Positions 1 to 8,973 of a stretch of DNA of 64,000 nucleotides are shown here, piece by piece. The DNA comes from a virus (taxonomy: Duplodnaviria; Caudoviricetes): positions 798 through 64,797 of the IMG/VR virus record IMGVR_UViG_3300048928_000482; one strand, written 5' to 3'. Within the stretch, counting starts at the first letter, position 1, and every line of letters begins with the position of its first letter. The notes below the pieces were generated by a model. That model saw only the letters and a list, made by a program, of their open reading frames with translations. It was not told the DNA's origin and made no database searches. The position numbers and the translations under genes are program-made.

Positions 1-63
1 TCACGGGCGCCTCCCTGGGCAGCACGAAGCCCCCGCAGATGGCGGGGTAGCGGTTGGGATTGG

Positions 64-510
64 TCAGGCGGTGCGGGAGGCGGTCAGGACGAACTCACTG
101 ACCGCGAAGATCGCCCGGGGGCCGTCCGTGAACGTCACGTCCGGGTCCTCATCCGGTCCGCGCGTGTTGTCCAGCAGCAGCGGGCCAGTCAGCCACCCCG
201 CAGCGGCCGGACGAGACTGGTCCAGTGCCATCTCGGCAGCCGAAGCCAGCTCACGGGCAGCGGTCGAGGTGCGACCCACAGACGTCACACGCACACGGGT
301 CAGATGACCGTGAGCCGACGCACCCTCGGACCGGTCCAGCACACGAGGCAGGACCACGTGCAGCACGTAGTACGTGCTCGCCGGAGCCTTCGTGGAGCCA
401 GTCGACGTGTCGTACGTGGTCGTGGTCACCGTTTGCGTACCGACCTGGACGGACGTGGGCAGCAGAGCCTTCACGGCAGCCGCCACATCCTGCGCGGTGC
501 CCGCCATCAC
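64..510 (-). CDS. Putative tail terminator / tail completion protein
   Basis: 148 aa, follows the HK97 gp10-like gene in the head-tail connector block; position-based call. Confidence 0.6.
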   Translation of the reverse strand: MMAGTAQDVAAAVKALLPTSVQVGTQTVTTTTYDTSTGSTKAPASTYYVLHVVLPRVLDRSEGASAHGHLTRVRVTSVGRTSTAARELASAAEMALDQSRPAAAGWLTGPLLLDNTRGPDEDPDVTFTDGPRAIFAVSEFVLTASRTA

Positions 511-878
511 AGGCTCCCGAGGTAGTCATCCAGCGCCTTCATCAGCCGCGGCTCCTCGCTCTGGAGCGGGGCGTCGATGTCCAGCGTCCCGCCGCCACCG
601 TTCGCACCACCGAAGTACGCGATGTTCGCGATCTCGCCGCCGCGGTCCTTGTCCGGGCCCACCTCGTACGCGGCCTCGCCGACCCTGTACGCCGAGTCGT
701 ACGAGATGCTGCGCGCGATCGACCGGAAGTGCCGGGACGCCTGAGCATCCGACACCATCTCGTCCTTCACCGACTGCGCGCCCTTCTTGAGGATCTTGTC
801 GACCTCAGGAAGCGCAGACGACGCGATCCGCCCCAGATCCGCGGACAACTCACGCAGGCCATCGATCTCGGCGACCAT
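507..878 (-). CDS. HK97 gp10-like neck/tail-completion protein
   Basis: MVAEIDGLRELSADLG...IARSISYD...YEVGPDK...IANIAYFG; GAGGAG RBS; start re-called inside ORF 507..1370. Confidence 0.7.
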   Translation of the reverse strand: MVAEIDGLRELSADLGRIASSALPEVDKILKKGAQSVKDEMVSDAQASRHFRSIARSISYDSAYRVGEAAYEVGPDKDRGGEIANIAYFGGANGGGGTLDIDAPLQSEEPRLMKALDDYLGSL

Positions 879-1102
879 CACGCCTCCTCGGGGGTCGGAT
901 GCGCCCACTTCCACCAGTTGCGCGCGTAGATCGCGCCGTATGCGAGCGCCGAGACGATGAACCCGTACTGGGTGGTCACGAGCGCGTAGACGATCCAGAG
1001 CACCTGCGCTGCACAGCCGACAGCCCATCCCCACAGGGATCGGCGTCCGGCGAGCCAGATACCGAGGATCCCCACCGCTGCGAGGGAGTACGACCAGAGC
1101 AT
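878..1102 (-). CDS. Small PnuC-like (nicotinamide riboside transporter-like) membrane protein
   Basis: 74 aa, three hydrophobic segments, WLAGRRSLWGW and terminal YARNWWKW pattern; stop/start overlaps with both neighbours. Confidence 0.6.
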   Translation of the reverse strand: MLWSYSLAAVGILGIWLAGRRSLWGWAVGCAAQVLWIVYALVTTQYGFIVSALAYGAIYARNWWKWAHPTPEEA

Positions 1103-1506
1103 CAGGACGGCATCCGATCGACGAACACGCGCTGAGCCGTCGCCATGGTCTTCGAGAACGGCGCAGTGATCCGCTCCTGCGTGCCGACCCGGGCCGCGTC
1201 GTACGGGCATGCCGTCCACTCGACGACGTCACCGACCTCCGGGACGAACGCCCCGATCGGGAAGTGCACCGCGTACCGCTGCACCGTGTACTGGTGCTCA
1301 CCGGCCTCCGGGGTCTGCTCGTACGCCTCGTACGTCTGGCTCTTCGCCCGACCCGCGTACACCTGCACACGCTCCCGCTGGCCTGTCACCGGGTTCTCGG
1401 GGGCGTCCGGATCCTCGCGCGTCACGGAGCACGTGTCGACCATCAGCGACTCGGCCAGGCGCCGGCCTTCCAGCAGTGCACCGGTGACGGCCTGCTGGAA
1501 GCTCAC
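1102..1506 (-). CDS. Head-to-tail stopper (DUF6093-like)
   Basis: GRRLAESLMVDTCSVTR...VYAGRAK...TMATAQR; GTG start overlapping the adaptor stop. Confidence 0.75.
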   Translation of the reverse strand: MSFQQAVTGALLEGRRLAESLMVDTCSVTREDPDAPENPVTGQRERVQVYAGRAKSQTYEAYEQTPEAGEHQYTVQRYAVHFPIGAFVPEVGDVVEWTACPYDAARVGTQERITAPFSKTMATAQRVFVDRMPS

Positions 1507-1931
1507 AGCCACCACCACGGGTGCGGCGACGGCACGTCCGGTTCGAACCCCGGACGCGTCGAGAACGCCCCCGACGTCACCGAGGGCAGCAGATCCGACC
1601 ACTCGCCGTCCGTGAGCCAGTCGTACGTGCCCGACCCCTCCCACCGGTCCGTCACCGACGCGTCATCCACCGAGCGGGTCGTCGACGTGCGGCCCGGGAG
1701 CGGCTGGTAGATCCGCCGGATGACCGCGTCCGACTCGACCCGGACCACGGTCGCGAGCGTCGGGTCGCCGAGCGCGATCTGGTCCTCGAGGATCAGACCA
1801 GCCCGGGCGAACCGCGCGACGATGATCGACTCGACGTCAGCCAGCCACGCACTGACCTGCGTGACCTCCGCCGGGTCGGAGATGGGGCGACCGAGCCGGT
1901 CGCTCACGTCCTGAACGGTTGCGTACGTCAC
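1503..1931 (-). CDS. Head-to-tail adaptor (Gp19/Gp15/Gp42-like)
   Basis: MTYATVQDVSDRLGRP...TRSVDDAS...WLTDGEWSDL, directly downstream of the capsid gene; AGGAGG RBS. Confidence 0.8.
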   Translation of the reverse strand: MTYATVQDVSDRLGRPISDPAEVTQVSAWLADVESIIVARFARAGLILEDQIALGDPTLATVVRVESDAVIRRIYQPLPGRTSTTRSVDDASVTDRWEGSGTYDWLTDGEWSDLLPSVTSGAFSTRPGFEPDVPSPHPWWWL

Positions 1932-1967
1932 GGCCGCCCCACCTCCTTCCCTCGGGTCAGACCGACG

Positions 1968-3188
1968 TCACGCTGCGTCGGTGTACGCGACGAAGGCACC
2001 CGCCGCGTCGGACTTCACGAAGCCGTAGTAGGCCTCGACGAGGAGGAGGACGAGGTTCTCCTGGAACGCCGAGTGCGTGACGCCGGCCTCGTCCACGTAC
2101 GACGCGGTGTCGGACACCTTGATCGTGATGTCCATGCCCTGACCCCACGCCGCCTGCGACCAGTCGCCGCCGATGGCCCGCAGGTTCGTGTCCAGCTCCG
2201 GGGTCTGCGTGACGACGACCGTCGGCGTGGTGCCACCGGTCAGACCGGAGCCGTCCGCGATGATCGGCGCCGCAGCCCCACCGAGGGCCGAGAGCGTGAC
2301 CGTGTACGGGCCACCCGCCGAACCCGTGACGGTCGCCCCCGCCCACGGAGCTCCCAGTGCGCGCACCGCGGTCTGCACCGCGGAGTTCGCGGCGTTGTAC
2401 GCCAGGGGGGCGGTCTTGACCCCTCCGATCTGGAGGGTGAACGTGCCACCGGTCGGGGTGCCGGTGATCGTGACGAGCTGGACGCGCGAGCCCGCACGAC
2501 GGTACGACCCGGACACGCCGCGGTTGAAGTAGGCCGGGTAGCCGATGAGGCTGCCCGTGTTGATGCCCTGCTGGGGGGCGTCGACCCACAGCGGGCGACC
2601 CTGGGTGTCCGTGGACAGCTTGAGGGTCGGGCGCAGACGCGGGTCGGCCGCGAAGCCGGTGAAGTCGAACCCGGCGTCCACGACCAGCTTCTCGCCGTTG
2701 ACGAGGTCCGTGTAGGTCGAGCCAGTCGCCTGCGACGCCGTGCCGAGCTCGATCGACTGCGCGCCCTTGGTGAGGTAGTCCGCGAACGGTCCCGCGCCAC
2801 CGGTGCGCAGGTCCTTGCCGTGGATCGCCGCGTAGTCGAACGCACGGGCGATGGCCACCGGGAGGTCCTGGCGGAGCTGGGCGTACAGGCCAGCCGGGTT
2901 GGACCGGGCGACCTCGTCGGACACCGGGACGAGCAGCGCGACCTTCTTGCCGGTCATCTGCTTGATGCCGACGGCGCCGGCGCCGACGGGCTTCTGCCCG
3001 CCCTCGCTGACCCACCCGGCGGCGGGGATGTCCATGCTGACGGGGATCACCGTGTTCGCGGTGATCGACAGCGGGACTCGGCGGGCGAGCTGCTGGACCG
3101 CGGACAGCTCCTCGGTCTTCTCGAAGATCGGGCCGGTGACGGTCGGGGGGAGGAGCGTGGGGTTCACGCTGGAGAGCAGGGTGGCCAT
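1968..3188 (-). CDS. Major capsid protein (HK97 fold) with an internal ~95-aa inserted domain
   Basis: AAGWVSEGGQKP, KKVALLVPVSDE, AIARAFDYAAIHG, GDWSQ, SAFQENLVLLLVEAYYGF motifs. Confidence 0.92.
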   Translation of the reverse strand: MATLLSSVNPTLLPPTVTGPIFEKTEELSAVQQLARRVPLSITANTVIPVSMDIPAAGWVSEGGQKPVGAGAVGIKQMTGKKVALLVPVSDEVARSNPAGLYAQLRQDLPVAIARAFDYAAIHGKDLRTGGAGPFADYLTKGAQSIELGTASQATGSTYTDLVNGEKLVVDAGFDFTGFAADPRLRPTLKLSTDTQGRPLWVDAPQQGINTGSLIGYPAYFNRGVSGSYRRAGSRVQLVTITGTPTGGTFTLQIGGVKTAPLAYNAANSAVQTAVRALGAPWAGATVTGSAGGPYTVTLSALGGAAAPIIADGSGLTGGTTPTVVVTQTPELDTNLRAIGGDWSQAAWGQGMDITIKVSDTASYVDEAGVTHSAFQENLVLLLVEAYYGFVKSDAAGAFVAYTDAA

Positions 3189-3212
3189 GAGGGGCCCTTT
3201 CTGGGAGAGGGG

Positions 3213-3710
3213 CTACTTGCCCGTGAGCTGCTGGGTGAGGAAGCTGGCGAAGTCGCCCTCGGGGGTGCTGCCGGGCTGCTCGCGCCCGGATCCCTGGGTG
3301 AGGTCGGCTCGCGGTCCTGCCGGAGCGGTCTTGCCGATCGCGGCCAGGCGCTCGGCCTGGCGGGTGATCGTGTCCTCGTCGGTGCCGGTGAGGAACGTCT
3401 CGGCGTCCTCGTCGCTGATGCCGTGCTTGGCGGCGACGCGCCACCGCAGGGCCTCGGTCCGGGCGGTCTCGGCGTCCTTCTGAGCGGTCGCGAGGGCCTC
3501 GGCGGCCTTCTCGGCGTCCGTCTTCTGGGCGTCCTCGAACGCCTTCACACGCGCGGCGTACTCGGCGGCCGACTTCTCGGCGGCCTTGCGGGCCGCGCGC
3601 TCGGCGTCGAGGGCGCGCTTTCCGGCGTCGCCGAGGTCCGCGGCAGAGTCGCTCTGCTGCTCCTCGGTGGCGGTGGCCTGGGCGTCCTCAGTGGTGGTCT
3701 GCTCCGACAT
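3213..3710 (-). CDS. Capsid scaffolding protein
   Basis: LGDAGKRALDAER coiled coil, FLTGTDEDTI, between MuF-like gene and capsid; GGGAG RBS before ATG 3710. Confidence 0.85.
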   Translation of the reverse strand: MSEQTTTEDAQATATEEQQSDSAADLGDAGKRALDAERAARKAAEKSAAEYAARVKAFEDAQKTDAEKAAEALATAQKDAETARTEALRWRVAAKHGISDEDAETFLTGTDEDTITRQAERLAAIGKTAPAGPRADLTQGSGREQPGSTPEGDFASFLTQQLTGK

Positions 3711-3716
3711 GGTTCT

Positions 3717-3755
3717 CCCAATCGCTGGGGTGTAGCCCGGCACCGCATCGCGCGG
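3717..3755 (-). promoter_or_regulatory. Two tandem GCGAU-loop hairpins in the scaffold 5' leader
   Basis: Minus strand CCGC-GCGAT-GCGG (3743-3755) and CCCA-GCGAT-TGGG (3717-3729); the second overlaps the RBS. Confidence 0.55.
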
Positions 3756-3779
3756 GACGGGAGTGTGTGGGCGCTGTGG

Positions 3780-4727
3780 TCAGCGCAGGTACCCGTTGAC
3801 TCGCAGGAGCCGCAGGTAGTCGTCGCGATCCCGGGCGATCTGCTGGATCGTCTCCGGCATCAAGCGGGCACCACGACGGCCCGTAGCCGCACGCGACGCC
3901 GTGCCGCGCCTGGTGGTGTTCTCGGTCGTGATGAGGACGTTCCGGCCACCCACCTGGGCCGGCCGCATGCCCCGCCGAGCGTTCACGACCTGGTTCAGGT
4001 CGGCGCCGTTCCGGACCGCCTCAGCCCCGGCCTTCCCGAGCACCGCGTCCTGCTCGGCCTCCGTGAGAGAGTCGATGTACGCCTGCGGGTTCACGGTCAG
4101 GTCCGACCCGACCGACTCAGCCGCGGGGATGTGCCTGCAGTCGCAGCGCGGGTGGCGCTGGAAGCCAGCGGACTTCGGGTACCAGCGGCCCGCGAGGATC
4201 ACGCACCGCGAGCACGACGGAGGGTTGAGCATCCGCACGTACCCGCCGACCGGGCGGACACCCATCCCCAGCGACTCGCCCTGACGTCCCGTGTCCGACA
4301 GAACCGTGGACACCGCCTGAGCCAGCCACGAACCGCCCGAGTTGAGCGCCTGCGCGACTCCAGCGCCGGCCGCGACCCGCTCTCGGGAATGGGTAACCGC
4401 GCCGTACAGCAGCGAGTCGAGCGGACGTCCGTCGCCAGCGAAGCCGATCAGCGGGGCAGCGGAGGGTGTAGCGAACGCCGTCGCGGCACGCGCCTGACCC
4501 GTGTCCTCAAGAACCGCCGGGATGTACGCCAGCGCCCCCGCAGCGACACGCTCCTGCGACTCCTCCACACCAGCCAGGAGCAGGGGAGCGATCCGCAGCC
4601 ACCCGGGGTCGAAGTCGGCACCGACCTGCCGCCACAGCACCAACGATCGGGCTACAGCGCGGCGCGACTCCCGCCGCTGAGCAGCCCCGTACTCACTCGC
4701 CGCCGACGGAAGCGCCTGCCGCAGCAT
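3780..4727 (-). CDS. MuF-like / capsid maturation protein
   Basis: GYVRMLNPPSCSRCVILAGR...FQRHPRCDCRHIP Cys/His motifs; after portal. Confidence 0.8.
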   Translation of the reverse strand: MLRQALPSAASEYGAAQRRESRRAVARSLVLWRQVGADFDPGWLRIAPLLLAGVEESQERVAAGALAYIPAVLEDTGQARAATAFATPSAAPLIGFAGDGRPLDSLLYGAVTHSRERVAAGAGVAQALNSGGSWLAQAVSTVLSDTGRQGESLGMGVRPVGGYVRMLNPPSCSRCVILAGRWYPKSAGFQRHPRCDCRHIPAAESVGSDLTVNPQAYIDSLTEAEQDAVLGKAGAEAVRNGADLNQVVNARRGMRPAQVGGRNVLITTENTTRRGTASRAATGRRGARLMPETIQQIARDRDDYLRLLRVNGYLR

Positions 4728-6069
4728 CCGTCACCTCAGACTGGTAGTAGTCGGGCAGCATCTCCCGCGCCTCGGCCCGCAGGTACTCCCGCTCCTGAGC
4801 CTTCCGGGCCTCAGACCAGCCGAGCTCGTCCCAGTACCCCTCACGGGACAGAACACCCGCCGCCCGCCGCTTCGCGAGGGCGTCCTCACGCTGCGACACC
4901 GTCGGAGTCGCCGGGTCGAACCACGTCGTCGCCACCTGCTCGCGCCGCCCGGTCGCCATCTGCAGAGCAATCGCACCAGCCCACCCGAACGTCGTCCCGA
5001 CCTGCTCGTTCTGCTCCTCAACAGAGCGCGTGAGCTGGGCCTCGTCCGCCTTGATCGCACCCTCGGCCGGCGGGTTCGCCGTCTGGAGCCCGAAGTAGCG
5101 GCCCGGGAACCCGGTCACGATCGACGCCTGCGTGCCGTACATCTGCATCGACGTGTCGAAGTTCTTGAGGTCCGCCGCGGTGAGCTGACCGACCTTTGCG
5201 GTCTCCTTCGACAGGGTGTGGATCGCATCGAAGTACGCCTCGAACTGCGGGATCGGCTTGCCGTCGTCGCCGATGAAGTCACCCTTGGCGACGCCCGTCA
5301 TCCACATGCGGGGGATGCCGTGCGCCTCCTGCGCGAACTGCATGTTCGTCAGCGACCGAGCGGACGCGTCCACGAGCGGGATGACGTCGGACATCTGCGA
5401 CTCGCCCGTCCACGCCCCCGACAGGCGCCGGTTCAGGTGCATCACGACCGGCACCGCACCGAGCCCGTGCGGGTCGCGGTCGACCTCGGACCAGCCGCCG
5501 ACCGCGTCACGCTCGGCCCAGATCGTCTCGTTCGGCAGGTACAGCGTGACCTTCGTGGCGGACAGCGACGTCGTGGTGGTCGGTACGGCGAGTGCGTCGT
5601 CCCACCCGTAGAACCGGCACGCCGAGGTCACCCGCTCGCGACGGACGTCGATGATCGCGTCCATCTCCCGCGGCGACTCCACCCGCACCCACGGCAGCGA
5701 CGGGTCGTCCTCGTTAGCACCCACCGACATGAACGCACGCCCGTAGATCATCCGGTCCGCGTTGAACATCGCCGTGTGCGCCGACAGGTTCGACGCATCC
5801 CAGATCGCGCGCAGCCGGCCATCATCCTGAGCCGACCCCGTCGACAGCGCGCGAACCTGCTGCCGGGAGTTGATCGTGTCCACCACGACCCGGCACCAGT
5901 TCGCGATCACCAGGAACCGGCGCATCTGCGGCGGGATCGCCATGCCGAGCTGCTCGACCCGCTGACGACCCAGGTAGTAGCGCAACAGGAGCTCGTCCTG
6001 GAACGCGTTCGAGCCGAGGCGCAGCGAGTGCTTCTGGATCAGGGCCAGCTCTTCGGGGGACAGTGCCAC
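4693..6069 (-). CDS. Portal protein (SPP1-like)
   Basis: RYYLG, NWCRVVVD, PHGLGAVPVV, GESQM motifs; directly after TerL. Confidence 0.9.
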   Translation of the reverse strand: MALSPEELALIQKHSLRLGSNAFQDELLLRYYLGRQRVEQLGMAIPPQMRRFLVIANWCRVVVDTINSRQQVRALSTGSAQDDGRLRAIWDASNLSAHTAMFNADRMIYGRAFMSVGANEDDPSLPWVRVESPREMDAIIDVRRERVTSACRFYGWDDALAVPTTTTSLSATKVTLYLPNETIWAERDAVGGWSEVDRDPHGLGAVPVVMHLNRRLSGAWTGESQMSDVIPLVDASARSLTNMQFAQEAHGIPRMWMTGVAKGDFIGDDGKPIPQFEAYFDAIHTLSKETAKVGQLTAADLKNFDTSMQMYGTQASIVTGFPGRYFGLQTANPPAEGAIKADEAQLTRSVEEQNEQVGTTFGWAGAIALQMATGRREQVATTWFDPATPTVSQREDALAKRRAAGVLSREGYWDELGWSEARKAQEREYLRAEAREMLPDYYQSEVTDAAAGASVGGE

Positions 6070-6084
6070 AGCGCCCCCTTCGGC

Positions 6085-7767
6085 TCATCTCGGCAGTCGG
6101 AAGTACGTCGGGCCCATCTCGGCCCAGCCCTCGGCGCGCTGGTCAGCGGCAGCCTCATGGGCGAGCACGTCCGTCATCAGGACGTCGATCTTCTGGTGGT
6201 CGGCCGGCTTGCCGAGGATGTACTTGTCCCCGGGCTTGGCGAGCATGATCGCGTTCGCCGCGTGCGTCGCCGCCGTCCGGTCATCGGTGTGCACCGTGGC
6301 ACCCTCGGACAGGTCAGTGATGTACCGGTTCAGGGCCTGCCACATCCGGTCGATCTTGTAGGTAGGCCACTCCACGACGACGTCATCGCCGTGCGCGGTC
6401 GCCCACTCGTCGATTTCGGTGCGCCAGTCCTTCGGGTCGCAGTACATCCGCGCGACCTCGTACCGGGCGAAGATCTGCTCAACCGCGGCGCGAACCTCGG
6501 AGCGAGGAATCTTCGACCCGGGCCAGCGCTTCGGGTCCCAGATCGTCGGCCGCTCCTCGTCACCGACCGTGTAGGTCGGCGTGAACCGCAGGCCGGTCTC
6601 GTCCTCAGCGCGGATCGCCGTCCAGTCGCCCGATGTCGACCCGTCGAAGCCCAGGACGATGCGGTTCGTCGGCTCGCGGTCCACCGTCGCCGTGGTCCAC
6701 AGGCCGTCGGGGATGAACGCGCCCGAGCCTTGCACTAGCCGGTTCCCGAAGAACCGCTCAGCCTGCGCGGGGTCCGTCTTGAGCAGCTCGGCGGCCTCGG
6801 CCTCGATCGAGTCGAGGTTCACCCACCACGAGCCCGCGTACACGTACTCGTGGATCTTCTGCCGGTCCACCTTGACCGTGTACCGCAGAGGCTTGCCGTC
6901 GTTGTGCCGCAGCACGTCGTCGGGGTTCCGGTAGAACACGAAGATGTCATCCGACCCGGACTCGAACACCTGCTGCGCGTAGGAGTTCGCTGCCGGGTCC
7001 CACGCATTCGTCGTCGCGTGCGTCCGACCGCCCATGCCAGCAGCACCACGGCGTTGCGTCTCCGCGACGTTGATCATCCGGTTCTGCTTCGTGTACAGCC
7101 CGACCTCGTCCTGCTCGGCGTCCGAGATCGGGTTGCCGAGGCGGGAGTTTGCCGACGCCGTCACCACGTCGATGCGGTCGAGGTCATCGTCGCCCGACAG
7201 CCCCAGGATCCGGATGAACCCCTCACGCACCGCCAGCAGGTCTCGCAGTGGGCCGAGCTTGATCATGGCCCGCAACGGCCGGTAGATGTTGTCCGCCTGA
7301 TCTTCAGACGTCGCCGTGATCTGGATAAGCGGCGACGGGTGGCGCATCCCCATCGGCTCGCCCGGCAGGTACTCGTACTCCCAACCACACGGGCAGCCGT
7401 GGTCCTCGCACCGGTACACGTCGCCCGCAGCAGCCCACCCGGCGAACACCGACGGTCCGCACGCCTCAAACGCCACCTGCGACGCCGACCACGGACCCTT
7501 GCCGGTCTTCTGCGGCGCCACCACCAGCGTCTGCCGGTACACGAACGCCTGGTTCAGCACCGGCGGGTCATCCGGGCCCACATCGTCCGGGTGGACGAAC
7601 ACCGCGTCAGGGCGGATCCGGTACCGGTTCGCCGTGCACCAGAACTGCCAGTCCGACATCGACAACGGCTTTCCCCGCGTGAACCCGTCGGGCACCCGGC
7701 AGTGCTGTGTGATCCAGCCGTCAGCCAGGTCCCCGAGCGTGGGGAAGTCGACCAGGAACTCGCTCAC
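6085..7767 (-). CDS. Terminase large subunit
   Basis: Walker A-like PQKTGKGP, QDE Walker B, TTNA coupling motif, ERFFGNR, nuclease LGFDGS and KIDVLM motifs. Confidence 0.93.
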   Translation of the reverse strand: MSEFLVDFPTLGDLADGWITQHCRVPDGFTRGKPLSMSDWQFWCTANRYRIRPDAVFVHPDDVGPDDPPVLNQAFVYRQTLVVAPQKTGKGPWSASQVAFEACGPSVFAGWAAAGDVYRCEDHGCPCGWEYEYLPGEPMGMRHPSPLIQITATSEDQADNIYRPLRAMIKLGPLRDLLAVREGFIRILGLSGDDDLDRIDVVTASANSRLGNPISDAEQDEVGLYTKQNRMINVAETQRRGAAGMGGRTHATTNAWDPAANSYAQQVFESGSDDIFVFYRNPDDVLRHNDGKPLRYTVKVDRQKIHEYVYAGSWWVNLDSIEAEAAELLKTDPAQAERFFGNRLVQGSGAFIPDGLWTTATVDREPTNRIVLGFDGSTSGDWTAIRAEDETGLRFTPTYTVGDEERPTIWDPKRWPGSKIPRSEVRAAVEQIFARYEVARMYCDPKDWRTEIDEWATAHGDDVVVEWPTYKIDRMWQALNRYITDLSEGATVHTDDRTAATHAANAIMLAKPGDKYILGKPADHQKIDVLMTDVLAHEAAADQRAEGWAEMGPTYFRLPR

Positions 7768-8225
7768 GCACGAAGCCGCCGCACAGGAGCGACGGGAGCC
7801 TCGGCCGCGGGGGCCGTCGGCTCAACACGCCGCGCGGCCACCTCGTCGACAGCGACCTTCCAGCCCATCTCAGCCAGCCCAGCCGTCGTCATTCCGATCT
7901 GGTCAGCGAACCGGTGAAGCTGCGCCATGAGCGAGGCGGGGGCGTCCGGGTCCTCACACCGCACCGACGTCCGCACCCACATCGCCACCGTCCGAGCCCG
8001 CCAAGCCTCAGACGGCATCGACCACGCACACGCCTGGGGCGTCCGCCACGCCGTCTCCCACACCTCGAGCTCACGCTTCGAGGCTCCAGGGATGGGGAAG
8101 TCAGGGATCTCACCCGCGTAGCCCTCAGCCGGGAGTGCCGTCAGCTTGAAGCCACGCGCCTCGGAGCGACCGGAGTCCGGATCGGCCGGGGGACCAGAAC
8201 GGTTGCGAGCGCCACCACGAGTCAT
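7764..8225 (-). CDS. Terminase small subunit
   Basis: GGARNRSGPPADP N-terminus, WRTPQACAW, IGMTTAGL; overlaps TerL start. Confidence 0.85.
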   Translation of the reverse strand: MTRGGARNRSGPPADPDSGRSEARGFKLTALPAEGYAGEIPDFPIPGASKRELEVWETAWRTPQACAWSMPSEAWRARTVAMWVRTSVRCEDPDAPASLMAQLHRFADQIGMTTAGLAEMGWKVAVDEVAARRVEPTAPAAEAPVAPVRRLRA

Positions 8226-8240
8226 CGGTCATCACTCCTC

Positions 8241-8288
8241 GCCGGCATCGCGCCGACACGGGGTCGGACCGGGCATCGCGCCAGGTCC
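8241..8288 (-). promoter_or_regulatory. Two tandem GCGAU-loop hairpins in the terS 5' leader
   Basis: Minus strand GGACCTGGC-GCGAT-GCCCGGTCC (8266-8288) and GTCGGC-GCGAT-GCCGGC abutting the AGGAG RBS. Confidence 0.6.
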
Positions 8289-8348
8289 AGCAGGTCATGC
8301 ACAGGTCAAGGGCCGGGAGGTCTGAACCCTCCGCGGGGTACAGCGCCC

Positions 8349-8357
8349 TCCCCGGCG
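8349..8357 (-). other. Candidate cos site (CGCCGGGGA on the minus strand)
   Basis: In the non-coding gap between the HNH gene and terS where cos normally lies; resembles short CGCCGG-type 3' overhangs of actinophages (inference). Confidence 0.35.
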
Positions 8358-8433
8358 GTCCGCTAGGTGTGGGCTCCGGTGGCCTCCCCTGGGTGGATCG
8401 CGTCGCATCCTTGACGTTTCCTTGACTTTTGAG

Positions 8434-8787
8434 TCAAGTCTGAGTCATGCGTCCGCGTCGTCCGCCGTCGCTGCGGTTGCACCGCGTGCACTGTGGCCCG
8501 CGGTAGGAGCGTCGGTCGTCGGTGTGCCCGAGGTCCCATGCGTTGCCGGTCAGCCGCAGTCCGCATGTGCAGCAACACACGACCGCGCCTGAGTCGATGG
8601 TCGCTTGCCATCGTGCCCGGAGCTGGTCGTGTGTGGTGTCGTATCCGCGCGCCTGCCTGGTGCCACGTCGCTGCTCGTAGGCGCGTGCGTGCCTGGTGCA
8701 GTACCGCTCGCCACCCGTGAGGATCGTTGGGCAGGCTCGCGGGCGTCCGTCGACCTCGTCGCGGCCGGGGCATCTACGTCCGGCCAT
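8434..8787 (-). CDS. HNH endonuclease (packaging-associated)
   Basis: RGYDTTH...CCTCG...WDLGHTDD...GPQCTRCN; last gene before terS, typical of cos phages. Confidence 0.75.
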   Translation of the reverse strand: MAGRRCPGRDEVDGRPRACPTILTGGERYCTRHARAYEQRRGTRQARGYDTTHDQLRARWQATIDSGAVVCCCTCGLRLTGNAWDLGHTDDRRSYRGPQCTRCNRSDGGRRGRMTQT

Positions 8788-8973
8788 CGTCTGCCCCCGC
8801 TCCGTGTCCGGCTCGCCCCGCATGCCCGCCAAGGCTTCGCCGAGGGACCAGGGACACGGGCGGGGTGTTCGTGTCGGGGGAGTGTGCTCGACCCCGGACA
8901 TGCATCAGGCCGGTCGTCGCGTGGACTGGCCGGCCTGTTTGTGGGGTGCGTGCACCACCATCGAGTTCGGACG

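Noticed and set aside
1521-5033. 1170-aa plus-strand ORF
   Set aside because: Antisense shadow of capsid/scaffold/MuF/portal genes; Arg-rich with no motifs, expected in high-GC DNA.
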